A stretch of DNA of 64,000 nt, taken from positions 4,378 through 68,377 of the forward strand of contig CAMBDK010000001.1 of NCBI GenBank assembly GCA_945865315.1. The letters are read 5' to 3'. This stretch comes from Chitinophaga pinensis (lineage in GTDB: Bacteria; Bacteroidota; Bacteroidia; 2-12-FULL-35-15). The number at the start of each line of letters is the position of its first letter. Within the stretch, counting starts at the first letter, position 1. The notes under the pieces are model-generated. The model saw only the letters and a program-made list of their open reading frames with translations, did not search any database and was not told the origin of the DNA. Shown here piece after piece: positions 47,515 through 57,935 of this stretch. Made by a program: the position numbers and the translations under genes.

Positions 47515-48384
47515 ATGATGAAATTAAAATTATACTTTTTGGTTAGAGGTGTTATATTGTTGATCGTTTGTTTGTTAATGGGCTCCTTTGGTAGCAAACA
47601 ACCGATAATAAAATATGATAGTCCCTCCATGTTAAATGAGATTATAAAATCAATAGCCAATGTAAAAACCCTTCGTTATGATTTAACACGCAACGAGCGA
47701 GTAAATGATAAAATACTCCTCTCAGAATCCAAGATTAAACTCAATGTTTCGCCACGTAAATTATATATTTCTATGAAAACTCAGGAAGTATTATGGATAG
47801 AAGGTAAAAACAATGGTAACGCCTTGATTAATCCTTTCACTTTTCCATACATTAACCTGAATTTGGATCCGATGGGAGCATTAATGCGCAAAAACCAGCA
47901 CCACACTATTCATGAGTTAGGAATGGAATACATTGCCGAAATTATAAAAAATGGAATGAAACATTATGGTGCTATGCTTTACAAACATTTTGTTATAATG
48001 GGGGAAGAAAAACATTTTGGAAGAAATTGCTATAAACTTTCGGCCACCTTTCCTGATTTTAAATGGTTGCCTTATACAGTTAAAAAGAACGAAACAATAA
48101 TTAGCATTGCCAATAAATTTAGTGTGAGCGAATTTATGATTTTAGAAAAAAAACAAGGAGCAACAGATTATAAGGACGTTAAAGAAGGAGAAGTCATACT
48201 TGTGCCGAATGTATATGCCAAATTGTTTTTTGTAATGATAGATAAGGAAAAGATGTTGCCGATAAGCGTGGAGATATTTGATGATAAAGGATTATTTGAA
48301 TCCTACGAATTTTATAATTTACAAGTAAATTCAACCATTTTGGCAGAGGAATTTACTGAAGATTACAAGGATTACCATTTTTAA
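47515..48384 (+). CDS. DUF1571-like protein with LysM domain, paralogue 2
   Basis: Colinear with paralogue 1 (PYINLNLDP, QHHTIHE, GRNCYKLS, YTVKK, DDKGLFE, EEFTE.YKDY.F). Confidence 0.72.
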   Translation: MMKLKLYFLVRGVILLIVCLLMGSFGSKQPIIKYDSPSMLNEIIKSIANVKTLRYDLTRNERVNDKILLSESKIKLNVSPRKLYISMKTQEVLWIEGKNNGNALINPFTFPYINLNLDPMGALMRKNQHHTIHELGMEYIAEIIKNGMKHYGAMLYKHFVIMGEEKHFGRNCYKLSATFPDFKWLPYTVKKNETIISIANKFSVSEFMILEKKQGATDYKDVKEGEVILVPNVYAKLFFVMIDKEKMLPISVEIFDDKGLFESYEFYNLQVNSTILAEEFTEDYKDYHF

Positions 48385-48517
48385 GGATAAAGATCCTATT
48401 TTTTAAAATAAAGAATAAATTTCGATAAAAAAATAATTAAATTATATACACAAATCATGAAAACATTTTCAATATTTGTGTTATATTTGTAATAGAATAA
48501 TTTTAACATATACACTT

Positions 48518-49975
48518 ATGTTAAGGCAGATACAATCACAAAAATTACTTCAAAAACTTTCGCCCCAGCAAATTCAATTAATGAAATTGTTGCAGTTGCC
48601 AACTATTGCCCTTGAGCAACGAATAAAAGAGGAGATGGAAATTAACCCAGCTTTAGAGGAGGGATCAGAAGAGGAAGATGAAATTAATACTGATTTTGAG
48701 GAAGAAAATTATGATGATTTATCCAAAAATGATGAAAATCAGCGCAATGATTTTAGTATAAGTGATTACATGGATGAAGACGAAGGCGTTTCCTATAAGC
48801 TAAAAGTGAATAATACAAGCGCTGAAGAAGAACGAAAAGAAATTCCTTTTTCTGTAGGTGTTACATTTCAGGATATGCTTGATAGTCAGCTTGGTTTAAA
48901 AGAGCTTAACGACCATCAATATCAAATAGCTAATTATTTAATTGGTAACTTAGATGATGATGGATATTTGCGCAGAGAGTTAAATTCCATCATTGACGAT
49001 ATAGCATTTTCACAAAATATAATAACAACTGAAAAAGAATTAAATGATTTACTAAAGGTAATTCAAGAGTTTGACCCTGCCGGTGTTGGTGCCCGTGATT
49101 TACGTGAATGTTTGCTGATACAATTACAGCGCAAAAAACCTTATACTAAAATTATTGAGCTAGCTATTAAAGTTGTAAACGAACAAATGGAGGAGTTCTC
49201 AAAAAAACATTTTGATAAAATTTTAAAAAATCTTGACATAGACGATGATTTGCTTAAGGAGGTAATTCAAGAAATTTTGAAACTGAATCCTCGCCCTGGA
49301 AATTCTATGTCCGATGGTCAAAAAAGCCATCAGCAAATAATAGCAGATTTTACTATTACCAATGAAGATGGTGAACTTTTGCTAGTTTTAAACTCACGCA
49401 ACGCTCCCGATTTGAGGGTTAACAAGCAATACAGTCAAATGTTGGGTGAGTATTCAAAAGAAAAAAACAAAAATACCAAAGAAGCCTCTGTTTTCGTAAA
49501 ACAAAAATTAGATGGTGCGAAATGGTTTATAGATGCAATACAGCAAAGGAGCCAAACATTGCTATATACGATGAATGCCATAATGGAATACCAGCGCAAT
49601 TATTTTTTAGAAGGAGATGAAACATTATTAAAACCAATGATATTAAAGGACATTGCTGAAAGGGTAGGGCTAGATATTTCTACTGTTTCGCGGGTGGCGA
49701 ACAGTAAATATGTTCAAACTTCTTTTGGTACATTTTTATTGAAATCATTTTTTAGTGAATCCCTTTCTACTGATAGCGGTGAGGAAGTATCCACCAGGGA
49801 AGTAAAAAAAATATTAAAAGATTGCATTGATGCCGAAGGAAAAAAGAAACCATTGACAGATGATAAGCTCACCAAAATATTAAAGGAGAAAGGTTATAAC
49901 ATTGCCCGCAGAACAATAGCAAAATATCGTGAACAGCTAGATATACCAGTAGCCCGTTTAAGAAAAGAGTTGTAA
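48518..49975 (+). CDS. rpoN: RNA polymerase sigma-54 factor
   Basis: Gln/Leu-rich region I, DPAGVGARDLRECL, DISTVSR HTH, RpoN box ARRTIAKYRE. Confidence 0.97.
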   Translation: MLRQIQSQKLLQKLSPQQIQLMKLLQLPTIALEQRIKEEMEINPALEEGSEEEDEINTDFEEENYDDLSKNDENQRNDFSISDYMDEDEGVSYKLKVNNTSAEEERKEIPFSVGVTFQDMLDSQLGLKELNDHQYQIANYLIGNLDDDGYLRRELNSIIDDIAFSQNIITTEKELNDLLKVIQEFDPAGVGARDLRECLLIQLQRKKPYTKIIELAIKVVNEQMEEFSKKHFDKILKNLDIDDDLLKEVIQEILKLNPRPGNSMSDGQKSHQQIIADFTITNEDGELLLVLNSRNAPDLRVNKQYSQMLGEYSKEKNKNTKEASVFVKQKLDGAKWFIDAIQQRSQTLLYTMNAIMEYQRNYFLEGDETLLKPMILKDIAERVGLDISTVSRVANSKYVQTSFGTFLLKSFFSESLSTDSGEEVSTREVKKILKDCIDAEGKKKPLTDDKLTKILKEKGYNIARRTIAKYREQLDIPVARLRKEL

Positions 49976-50042
49976 TTATTAGCTTTAAGCTATGTGATAT
50001 TTTATAAAAAAATCAATAAATTTCCTAACAATAAAATAAAGT

Positions 50043-50672
50043 TTACCAATGGGTGCCCTCAAATAAATGTGGGTAATGCGCTTTTAATTCACTAATAAAT
50101 AATTCGTAGGGAACATCATCGAAATTACCATAATCGTGGAGATATTCCATATACTGATTCCCTTCCTGATTGAAGGATTGAAAAATAGAATCTTCTAAAC
50201 CATTAAATTCAAGAGGCTCAACATTTAATTTTACGCAGAGTTCTTTATTGAATGCCGGAGTAGCTTTAACCCATTTATCGTTCAGGAAAAACTCTGTATA
50301 GCCATGAAAAACAAGAACATTGGTTTTTAAAATTTGTTCTAATTTATCAGTTCCAATATGATTACGAACCTTAGCAAATCCCAAACGGCTTGGTATGCCA
50401 GCCGCCCTTGCACAAGCTCCAAGTAAACAAGCTTTCTCAACACAGTAACCATGATTTCGTTTAAGCAATGAACTTGCTTTTAGTGCCTCCCGATTTAAAT
50501 TAATGTCGAATGGGTTATAGATAAATTCATCCCTAACAGCATAATAAAGTTTTACAGCTTTTTCTATAGGAGTAGTAGCATTTCCTATTTTATTTTGAGT
50601 AAAACGCATTACTTCTACCGAATCACTATTAATGAATTCTGCTGGCCGAAGATAAATTTCATTCATAATCAT
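50043..50672 (-). CDS. Transglutaminase-like domain protein
   Basis: LYYAVRD, GYCVEKA, R..GIPSRLGF, HGYTE, WVKATP. Confidence 0.85.
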   Translation of the reverse strand: MIMNEIYLRPAEFINSDSVEVMRFTQNKIGNATTPIEKAVKLYYAVRDEFIYNPFDINLNREALKASSLLKRNHGYCVEKACLLGACARAAGIPSRLGFAKVRNHIGTDKLEQILKTNVLVFHGYTEFFLNDKWVKATPAFNKELCVKLNVEPLEFNGLEDSIFQSFNQEGNQYMEYLHDYGNFDDVPYELFISELKAHYPHLFEGTHW

Positions 50673-50794
50673 TTTTTTTTGTCCTATTTGATAGGTTTGT
50701 GAGATTATAATATATGTTTACTAGGTTTTATTTTACTAATAGATTTTGCGCTTAATTTTATTTTAATATTGTACTAAATAATTAAAAACAATAT

Positions 50795-51409
50795 TTATCT
50801 TAATGGTTTAGTAACTCTTTTCCTTGGGAAATGGAGGTGTTTGTTTACAACAATTCTGCAATCTAGAATTTGGTGGAGGTTACCATATTCTGATTTTATT
50901 TTTCTTTCTATCTTTTCTATCCCCCTGCTGTCAAATCTGTCTTGTTGCAATGCATCTAATACAAGCAGTTCGAAAGCTGTTGCTATCATCCAGTCTACTT
51001 CCTGTTTATAGCCAATGGCTGCAATGGCGTTGGTTTTTTTAAGAAAAGACTGAATGGTTCTTCCTGCTGCATTTAATGTTTCGCAGGAAGCAAAAAATAT
51101 AACTTTTCCTTTTGCAGAATCTTCAAGAATCAAGGCTAAATCATTCAGAGAGTAGGTATTTTTATGTGTGATGTATATTTGTCCTTTTTTACCATGGAAT
51201 GCTAAATAAAGAATTGGATATTTTGTGATGATTGATTTTTGTTTCCATTTTTTTAAAAAAAACTCTAATTCTTCCTTTGTAGCGCAGGTTTGATAAATAT
51301 AATTGCAGATACTACCTTTGTGCAATAATTCAAGAATTGGTAGCACAGTAGATTTGTTATTAAGATTTTGATCCCATAATCCTTCTAAGCAATAAATGCC
51401 TTTTTTCAT
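50795..51409 (-). CDS. DUF6642-like protein with caspase/CHAT-like His-Cys motifs
   Basis: IYCLEG.W, ILYLAFHG, VIFFASCETL, AIGYKQEVDW. Confidence 0.65.
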   Translation of the reverse strand: MKKGIYCLEGLWDQNLNNKSTVLPILELLHKGSICNYIYQTCATKEELEFFLKKWKQKSIITKYPILYLAFHGKKGQIYITHKNTYSLNDLALILEDSAKGKVIFFASCETLNAAGRTIQSFLKKTNAIAAIGYKQEVDWMIATAFELLVLDALQQDRFDSRGIEKIERKIKSEYGNLHQILDCRIVVNKHLHFPRKRVTKPLR

Positions 51410-51800
51410 TATATTATTAATTTGTATTCATTTGTGCATACGAATTTACAAATAAGCATTTCGATAAATAGCAGGAATAATTTATATTTGTTTAAATTTG
51501 TTGTAGTTTTTTGTACCTTGCTGAAATTCAGGGCAATACATTCCAATTGAAAAAAAAGGCTAGATTATAATTAAAATTTGGATTTTATTAATTAAAACCC
51601 CAAATAAGTAATTTCAAGTATTTGAAAGTGAGTACCTTATGATTTATCTGTAATTGTTTAGGTTAGCACATTAATTTATAAATTTGTAGGATGTGCTTTG
51701 CTCGTGTATTTTTAATTTCGAGTAATTATTTAGATTTTTTTATTGTATTTGTTTGAATATCATCATTTTGTTTTTTTTAAAATAATTTTAATATTTTTTT

Positions 51801-53519
51801 ATGAAACTAAACACCTACTTTTTTTTTCGAATTACAATACTAATATTTCTGTTTGTAAAAACTAGTTCAGCGCAATGGTCTGGTTCTACGGCTTTAAATA
51901 CACTTGTTTGTAACGATTTAGGCAAACAAATTGATTTAAGGATGAGTGAGGATGGTAAAGGAGGAGCTTTTGTAGTCTGGGAGGATTATAGAAGCAGCGG
52001 CGGGTTTGGGTTGCCTGATATTTACATTCAATATTTGGATTCAGCAGGTTATCCTCAGTGGGAGGCTAATGGCATAGGTCTGTGCAAGGAATCATCCGAA
52101 CAAAATACCCCTGCTATTGTAACAGATATGTCGGGTGGGGTAATTGTTGCTTGGTCCGATTGGCGATCAGGTATTGAACGTGATATTTATGCGCAGCGAA
52201 TTAATGCGCAAGGTATAGTAATGTGGACGATTGACGGTGTGGGCGTAGCCAATAAACTAGAGCGAGAGAATAACGCAAAAATAATTAGTGATGGGGCTGG
52301 CGGTGCAATAATTGTTTGGGAACAGTTAGGTAATAGTGGTCTTTGGGATTTATTTGCCCAAAGGATAGATTCCTTGGGGGCTCCAGTATGGCAGCTTGGT
52401 GGATTGCCTATTTGCACGGTTAATGCTCAAAAGGTAAATCCAAAAATACAAAAAGATGGTAAAGGAGGCGCTATAATTACATGGCAAGATTATAGAAATT
52501 TAACCGACTATGATATTTATGCGCAACGATTAAGCCCTACTGGTGCATTACTTTGGGGTGTAGGTGCTAAGGCTATTTGTTCTGCCCAAGGTGCGCAAGT
52601 AGATCCTAAAATTGATCCGGATTCTATTACAGGAGGTGCTTATATTGTTTGGATAGATAAAAGAAATTTAACGGATTATGATATTTATGCGCAAAAGTTA
52701 GATGAAAATGGAAATATTTTATGGGCAATTGACGGGCTTAATGTTACAAATGCAATAGGCAATCAAAGTGCTCATGATATTTTAAGCAATGGAAGTATAA
52801 CCAATGGTTTAATTGTAACATGGAAAGATAATCGCTCCGGAGAGCTTGATATATATGCTCAGAAATTAAGTCCTGTGGGTATTAAACAATGGGGAAATAG
52901 TGATACACCTATCTGTAATTCAACATCAGATCAGTTAAATCCTAATATCGTAGATGATGCTGCCGGAGGAGCTATAATTGTATGGGAGGATTATTCTTCT
53001 TTTATTGAAAAGGATATAAAAAGCCAACGAATAAATAGTAATGGAATAATTCAATGGGATTTAAATGGTGTATTTGTTTCTAATGCTATAGCCAATCAGT
53101 CGAGCCCCAAAAATATTACTGATAATAAAGGAGGTGCTATTTTTGCTTGGCAAGATAAACGCAATGACGCTAATACAGAAAATGATATTTATGCACATCA
53201 CTTATATGCGGATGGTTCTTTTAATATGAGTATTAATGAAAAGATAGGGCTACCCGAAATAATTGTATTTCCAAATCCGTTTATTGACGACTTAAATATT
53301 TTAATAAATTTAAAGAGCGAGGAATCTATTTTAGTTCACTTGCATGATATCCTTGGTCGTCAATTATCCATTGGTATTTCAAAAAAATATAGTTCTTCAA
53401 ATGAAAGCCTGGTAATGAAAATAGAAACAGAAAAAACAAATTTGCCGGCTGGCATTTATTTTTTAAAGGTAAATGGAGCTAACTGGACAAAAACAATAAA
53501 AGTTATAAAAGGAAAATAG
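51801..53519 (+). CDS. T9SS type A cargo with eight ~60-aa repeats (probable beta-propeller)
   Basis: Eight DxxGGAxxxWxDxR...DIYAQ(R/K) units; C-terminal VFPNP...GIYFLKV...KVIK. Confidence 0.8.
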   Translation: MKLNTYFFFRITILIFLFVKTSSAQWSGSTALNTLVCNDLGKQIDLRMSEDGKGGAFVVWEDYRSSGGFGLPDIYIQYLDSAGYPQWEANGIGLCKESSEQNTPAIVTDMSGGVIVAWSDWRSGIERDIYAQRINAQGIVMWTIDGVGVANKLERENNAKIISDGAGGAIIVWEQLGNSGLWDLFAQRIDSLGAPVWQLGGLPICTVNAQKVNPKIQKDGKGGAIITWQDYRNLTDYDIYAQRLSPTGALLWGVGAKAICSAQGAQVDPKIDPDSITGGAYIVWIDKRNLTDYDIYAQKLDENGNILWAIDGLNVTNAIGNQSAHDILSNGSITNGLIVTWKDNRSGELDIYAQKLSPVGIKQWGNSDTPICNSTSDQLNPNIVDDAAGGAIIVWEDYSSFIEKDIKSQRINSNGIIQWDLNGVFVSNAIANQSSPKNITDNKGGAIFAWQDKRNDANTENDIYAHHLYADGSFNMSINEKIGLPEIIVFPNPFIDDLNILINLKSEESILVHLHDILGRQLSIGISKKYSSSNESLVMKIETEKTNLPAGIYFLKVNGANWTKTIKVIKGK

Positions 53520-53601
53520 CATGTTAAATAACATTTTTTTATTAGATTTTTTGTTGATGTTCAATATAAAAAAGCAATATTAAAATAAAAAAGAGCTTAT
53601 T

Positions 53602-56157
53602 TTAACCACATTTATTATTACCACAATTTTTGCATTTGATGCATCCCTCTTCAAATATTAAGCCGTCGGTGCTAGTGCATTCAGCACATTTATTTTCTAC
53701 AGATTTAGTACCATCGGGTATGAATTTTTTTAGGGCACGCACCACACCTGTTTTCCAAGTGTTGATATTTTCGGTATATAAATTTAAGTTGCTAATTAAT
53801 CCAACTACATGCGGTAAAGGCATTCCATGGCGCAATACTCCAGAAATAAATTTCGCATAATTCCAGTATTCTTTATTAAATGTTTTGGAGAGACCTTCAA
53901 TGTTAACTTTTACGCCATCTTTATTCATGAATTGAAAGTCATATCGTTTTTTGGAATCGGCACCTAAATTTTTAATTATCCAGCCTCTTTCAACCCATTT
54001 AGGTATATCCAATGAATGGTCCGTTTGTCCTGTAAATACTTCGTATGGTCTACCATTAAGAATACCCACAAAGGCAATCCATTTTTCATCCTGATTCATA
54101 AAACGAACAATTTCCGCCTCTAATATTTTTGGTCGTTTGGGAGAATTGATATCATTGATAACATTAAGTTCTGTAATATTTTCTGAAGAAATTAATACCC
54201 CGGTTCTTGAGCCCTCACGATAAACAGTAATTCCCTTGAGGCCTTTTATCCAAGCTTCTTGATAAATTTGCCCAACTTTATTTACAGAAACATCATTTGG
54301 TAAATTAATGGTTGAACTGATAGAGTGTGTTGTATATTTTTGCACGATAGCTTGTAATTCAATTCGTTTTAACCAATTGATTTCTTTTGCCGTTGAACCC
54401 AGATAAGGACTTTTATTTATGTCGGTTTGCCCTGTAATTTCCATCCATAATTTTAATTTATGATGATAAACAGTAAATTCCTGCCAATGGTCGCCCAAAG
54501 GATCTATAAAATCTACTTTTATATTTTTATCAAGAGGGTTTAATTTTCTTCTGCGGATATAGGATAGCATATAAACAGGTTCAATGCCTGAGGATGATTG
54601 CGCTAGCAAACTTGTTGTACCAGTTGGAGCAACAGTACTTATTGAAATATTTCTTCTGCCATGCTTAAGCATGCGGGAATAAACATGAGGCAATTCATTT
54701 TTTAGCATTTGAACGAATTCTGATTTTGTATCAATTTCAGGGTCAAAATCAGCAAACTTTCCACGTTGAATAGCCATGTCTATGGAGCTATCAAATTCAG
54801 CTTCGCATTTTATTTTCATTATTTTCTCCACTTCCACCATCGCCTCATCAGAGTCGAATTTAAATCCGAGGCCTGCTAACATATCGCCAAGAGCAGTAAA
54901 TCCTAATCCTGTTCTTCTTCCTTTTTCTCCTGCATTGTATAATAGTTTCCAGGTATTTACTTCCACTTCTTTAATATAGTCTGGCTCGGCATCACTTTGT
55001 ATTTTAGCCAATATTTTTTCTATAGCTTCGAGTTCCAAGTCAACCAAATCATCCATCAAACGCTGTGCTTCATAAGTAATGGTATAAAATTTTGTATAAT
55101 TAAATTTTGCCGATGGAGTGAATGGCTGATCAATAAAGTTGAATAAATTAAGGGCAATTAGTCTACAGCTGTCTCCTCCCTGCATGGCAATTTCAGAGCA
55201 TGGGTTAGTAGAAACATTTTTAAACCCAGGATATATAGAAGATGTGGAATAGAAATGTTGCCGGTCCCAAAATATTAAACCCGGCTCTGCCGATTTATGA
55301 GCGCTATTAATGATTGAATTCCAAAGTGTTTTCGCTTTAATTACTTTTGAATATTTTGGTTTGTCGGTATTAATGGGCCAATGTAATGTGAAATTATCAT
55401 CTTGCAATACGGCTTGCATAAATTTATCAGAAAGACGAATTGAAATATTAGCACCTGTAATTTTTGTTAGGTCTTGTTTTATAGTAACAAATTGTTCAAT
55501 ATCAGGATGAGCAATATCAATGGTAATCATTAATGCACCTCTTCTTCCATTTTGAGCAACTTCTCTTGTGGTATTAGAAAATCGTTCCATAAAGGAGACA
55601 GCACCTGTAGTTGTGCCAGCAGCGTTTGAAACATTCATGCCAGCGGGCCTTAAGGTGGAAATGTCTATTCCTACCCCGCATCTTCTTTTGAAGAGTTGCA
55701 CCAGCTGTTGGTCGGTATAGGATATTCCACCGTAGGAGTCATATATTTCAGGCAAAACGACGCAATTGGATAAAGAAGCAATAATATTTGCATTACCCAA
55801 AGTTGACATTACACTTCCTTGTGGAATAATATATTTGAAATCTTTAAAATAATTAAATATTTCCTTTTCATCTAATAATTTTCTTTTCTTACCGTAGGCT
55901 GAAAGATTTGCATTGTTTACATTAAGATTTTGTATTGTTGCATATTCTTTTTCTTTTCTGGCGAATTCTTTCGCCATGCGCAGGTGCATGTCATCTGGAG
56001 AAAGTTCAATAAAATTTTTGTTTTTATCTTTTAAAGCATATTTTGAGATCCACGTAGTAGCAGCGAGTTCATCTCCGTGAAAATAGGCAATGCATTTTTC
56101 AAGAACCGAGTCGTAGGAATAAATTTCGACAATATTTTTTTCTGCTTTTTTTGTCAT
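53602..56157 (-). CDS. nrdJ: Class II (adenosylcobalamin-dependent) ribonucleotide reductase with C-terminal TSCPD-like domain and Zn-ribbon
   Basis: SLSNC, QNGRRGA, TNPCSE (thiyl Cys), RRTGLG, APTGTTS, SISSTIN, KGITVYR; C-terminal CAEC...CIKCKNCG..KC. Confidence 0.92.
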   Translation of the reverse strand: MTKKAEKNIVEIYSYDSVLEKCIAYFHGDELAATTWISKYALKDKNKNFIELSPDDMHLRMAKEFARKEKEYATIQNLNVNNANLSAYGKKRKLLDEKEIFNYFKDFKYIIPQGSVMSTLGNANIIASLSNCVVLPEIYDSYGGISYTDQQLVQLFKRRCGVGIDISTLRPAGMNVSNAAGTTTGAVSFMERFSNTTREVAQNGRRGALMITIDIAHPDIEQFVTIKQDLTKITGANISIRLSDKFMQAVLQDDNFTLHWPINTDKPKYSKVIKAKTLWNSIINSAHKSAEPGLIFWDRQHFYSTSSIYPGFKNVSTNPCSEIAMQGGDSCRLIALNLFNFIDQPFTPSAKFNYTKFYTITYEAQRLMDDLVDLELEAIEKILAKIQSDAEPDYIKEVEVNTWKLLYNAGEKGRRTGLGFTALGDMLAGLGFKFDSDEAMVEVEKIMKIKCEAEFDSSIDMAIQRGKFADFDPEIDTKSEFVQMLKNELPHVYSRMLKHGRRNISISTVAPTGTTSLLAQSSSGIEPVYMLSYIRRRKLNPLDKNIKVDFIDPLGDHWQEFTVYHHKLKLWMEITGQTDINKSPYLGSTAKEINWLKRIELQAIVQKYTTHSISSTINLPNDVSVNKVGQIYQEAWIKGLKGITVYREGSRTGVLISSENITELNVINDINSPKRPKILEAEIVRFMNQDEKWIAFVGILNGRPYEVFTGQTDHSLDIPKWVERGWIIKNLGADSKKRYDFQFMNKDGVKVNIEGLSKTFNKEYWNYAKFISGVLRHGMPLPHVVGLISNLNLYTENINTWKTGVVRALKKFIPDGTKSVENKCAECTSTDGLIFEEGCIKCKNCGNNKCG

Positions 56158-56528
56158 TTAGCATTTCTCATTATTAAATAATTGTAATTTTTAATTTCTT
56201 CTCATTTAAATTTGTAATGCAATTTAAGTTTTAATTTGAGTTTTTTATTTGTTTTTTATCAACATCTCAATCATTTTTTTACACTCATATTTAGTTTTAT
56301 TCCTATTGTTTTGAAATTTAATTGATTGTTTTATGACTCATCGGCATATTTTTAGATCATTTTTTTAAAAATAGGCGATGGTATTTGGTTTAAATACTAA
56401 GGATTTATTAAAAAAATTAGACAGGCTTATATTAATTGATTATGTTTATTCATTAAATATTTAGTAAAATATGATTTGTCTAAATTAGATTTTTACAATA
56501 TATTTTTTCATGTTAGTTATATCATATT

Positions 56529-57713
56529 ATGATTTCTGTAGAAGAAGCTCTGAAATTAATTAAAGACAATACAAGAACAATTGCTTCATCACAAGTTGCT
56601 ATTGCTAATTCCTTAGGAGGCATCCTTCAGCGAGATATGTTATCTTCTGTAAATTTACCTCTTTTTGATCAATCTTCCATGGATGGATATGCAATACGAT
56701 ATTCAGATTTTATTAATAATAATGTAATAAAAATTAAAGGGGAGGTTGCTGCGGGTAGTTTTTATAAAAAAAAACTAAATAGCGGCGATGCGATAAGAAT
56801 TTATACAGGAGCAGCGCTTCCGGAAGGCTTGGACACTGTGGTTGTGCAGGAAAAAGTGAGGACTGAAAATGGTTGTCTAATTATTTGTGATCCTTCACTT
56901 AAAAAAGGTGCAAATATTCGTATTGCTGGTTCACAAATAAAAAAAGGAGAAATTGCACTATCCAAAGGGACCTTTATTAGACCAGGCACAATAGGGTATA
57001 TGGCAGCAATGGGTAAAACCAAAGTGAAAATTATTTCTAAACCTGTAATTTCAATTATTGTTACTGGAAGTGAATTAATAAAGCCGGGAGATAAATTAAG
57101 TAGGGGGCAGATATATGAATCAAATTCATATTTACTAGTTGCCGTTTTGGAATCAATTGGATTGAAAGCTCAAAATATTTTAACAGTAAAAGATGATGAA
57201 AAAGAAATTTACATGGCATTGAAAAATGCGGTACATAATTCAGATTTAGTTATAGTTACTGGTGGTATTTCAGTAGGAGATTATGATTTTACAGAAATGT
57301 CATTAAAGAAAATTGGTGTCAAAAATATTTTTTACAAAGTAAAACAAAGGCCAGGAAAACCTTTATTTTTTGGTAAATATAGAAGCACTTTAATTTTTGG
57401 ATTACCCGGTAATCCGGCAGCAGTACTTAGTTGTTTTTATGAATATGTATTTCCAGCGCTAAAAATTATGCAGGGGTTTAAAGAACCATTTTTATCAAAA
57501 AGAATGATTCCAATAGGTAGTAGTTATGATAAAAAAAATGGTCTTGCATTTTTTTTGAAAGGTAAAATTTTTGAAAACATTGTTTATCCTTTGGATGGGC
57601 AGGAATCATTCAACTTAAGCTCGTTTGCCATCGCCGATTGTCTTATTTATTTGCCAGAAGTATCTGAAAATATTGAAAAGGGACAGCTGGTAGAGGTGCA
57701 TATTTTGCCTTAA
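56529..57713 (+). CDS. moeA: Molybdopterin molybdenumtransferase
   Basis: SSMDGYA, IYTGA, TGSEL, YESN, TGGISVGDYD, PGKP, GLPGNP. Confidence 0.94.
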   Translation: MISVEEALKLIKDNTRTIASSQVAIANSLGGILQRDMLSSVNLPLFDQSSMDGYAIRYSDFINNNVIKIKGEVAAGSFYKKKLNSGDAIRIYTGAALPEGLDTVVVQEKVRTENGCLIICDPSLKKGANIRIAGSQIKKGEIALSKGTFIRPGTIGYMAAMGKTKVKIISKPVISIIVTGSELIKPGDKLSRGQIYESNSYLLVAVLESIGLKAQNILTVKDDEKEIYMALKNAVHNSDLVIVTGGISVGDYDFTEMSLKKIGVKNIFYKVKQRPGKPLFFGKYRSTLIFGLPGNPAAVLSCFYEYVFPALKIMQGFKEPFLSKRMIPIGSSYDKKNGLAFFLKGKIFENIVYPLDGQESFNLSSFAIADCLIYLPEVSENIEKGQLVEVHILP

Positions 57714-57789
57714 AAGAATTAATAATTGTTTTATTATATAATTATTTAATAATTTTTATTTTTATAAGATTTTCTTCAAAAAACAATTT

Positions 57790-57935
57790 GAGGTTTTATC
57801 TCCCCCTCCAATGCCTGAGATAGCTGCCAACAGGATTAAAAGAACAGAAAAATATAGTGGTAAAAAACGTTTGTTGTAAATAAAATTATAATTTCACAGG
57901 ATACTGTTATCCAAAAAGGTCCTTGTAAACAATGA
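57790..57935 (+). pseudogene. Possible decayed 3' remnant of an upstream gene
   Basis: Frame-shifting fragments EVLSPPPMPEIAA / EQKNIVVK / VVNKIIISQDTVIQKGPCKQ-stop; the stop overlaps the next ATG (ATGA at 57932). Confidence 0.35.

Noticed and set aside
53602..56157. Intein or intron in nrdJ
   Set aside because: The ORF is continuous and of ordinary length, with no splice-junction or homing-endonuclease motifs.
56158..56528. Cobalamin riboswitch, Moco riboswitch or NrdR box near nrdJ/moeA
   Set aside because: No riboswitch core motifs are visible. CACTCATATTTAGT near 56282 only partly fits an NrdR box in very AT-rich DNA.
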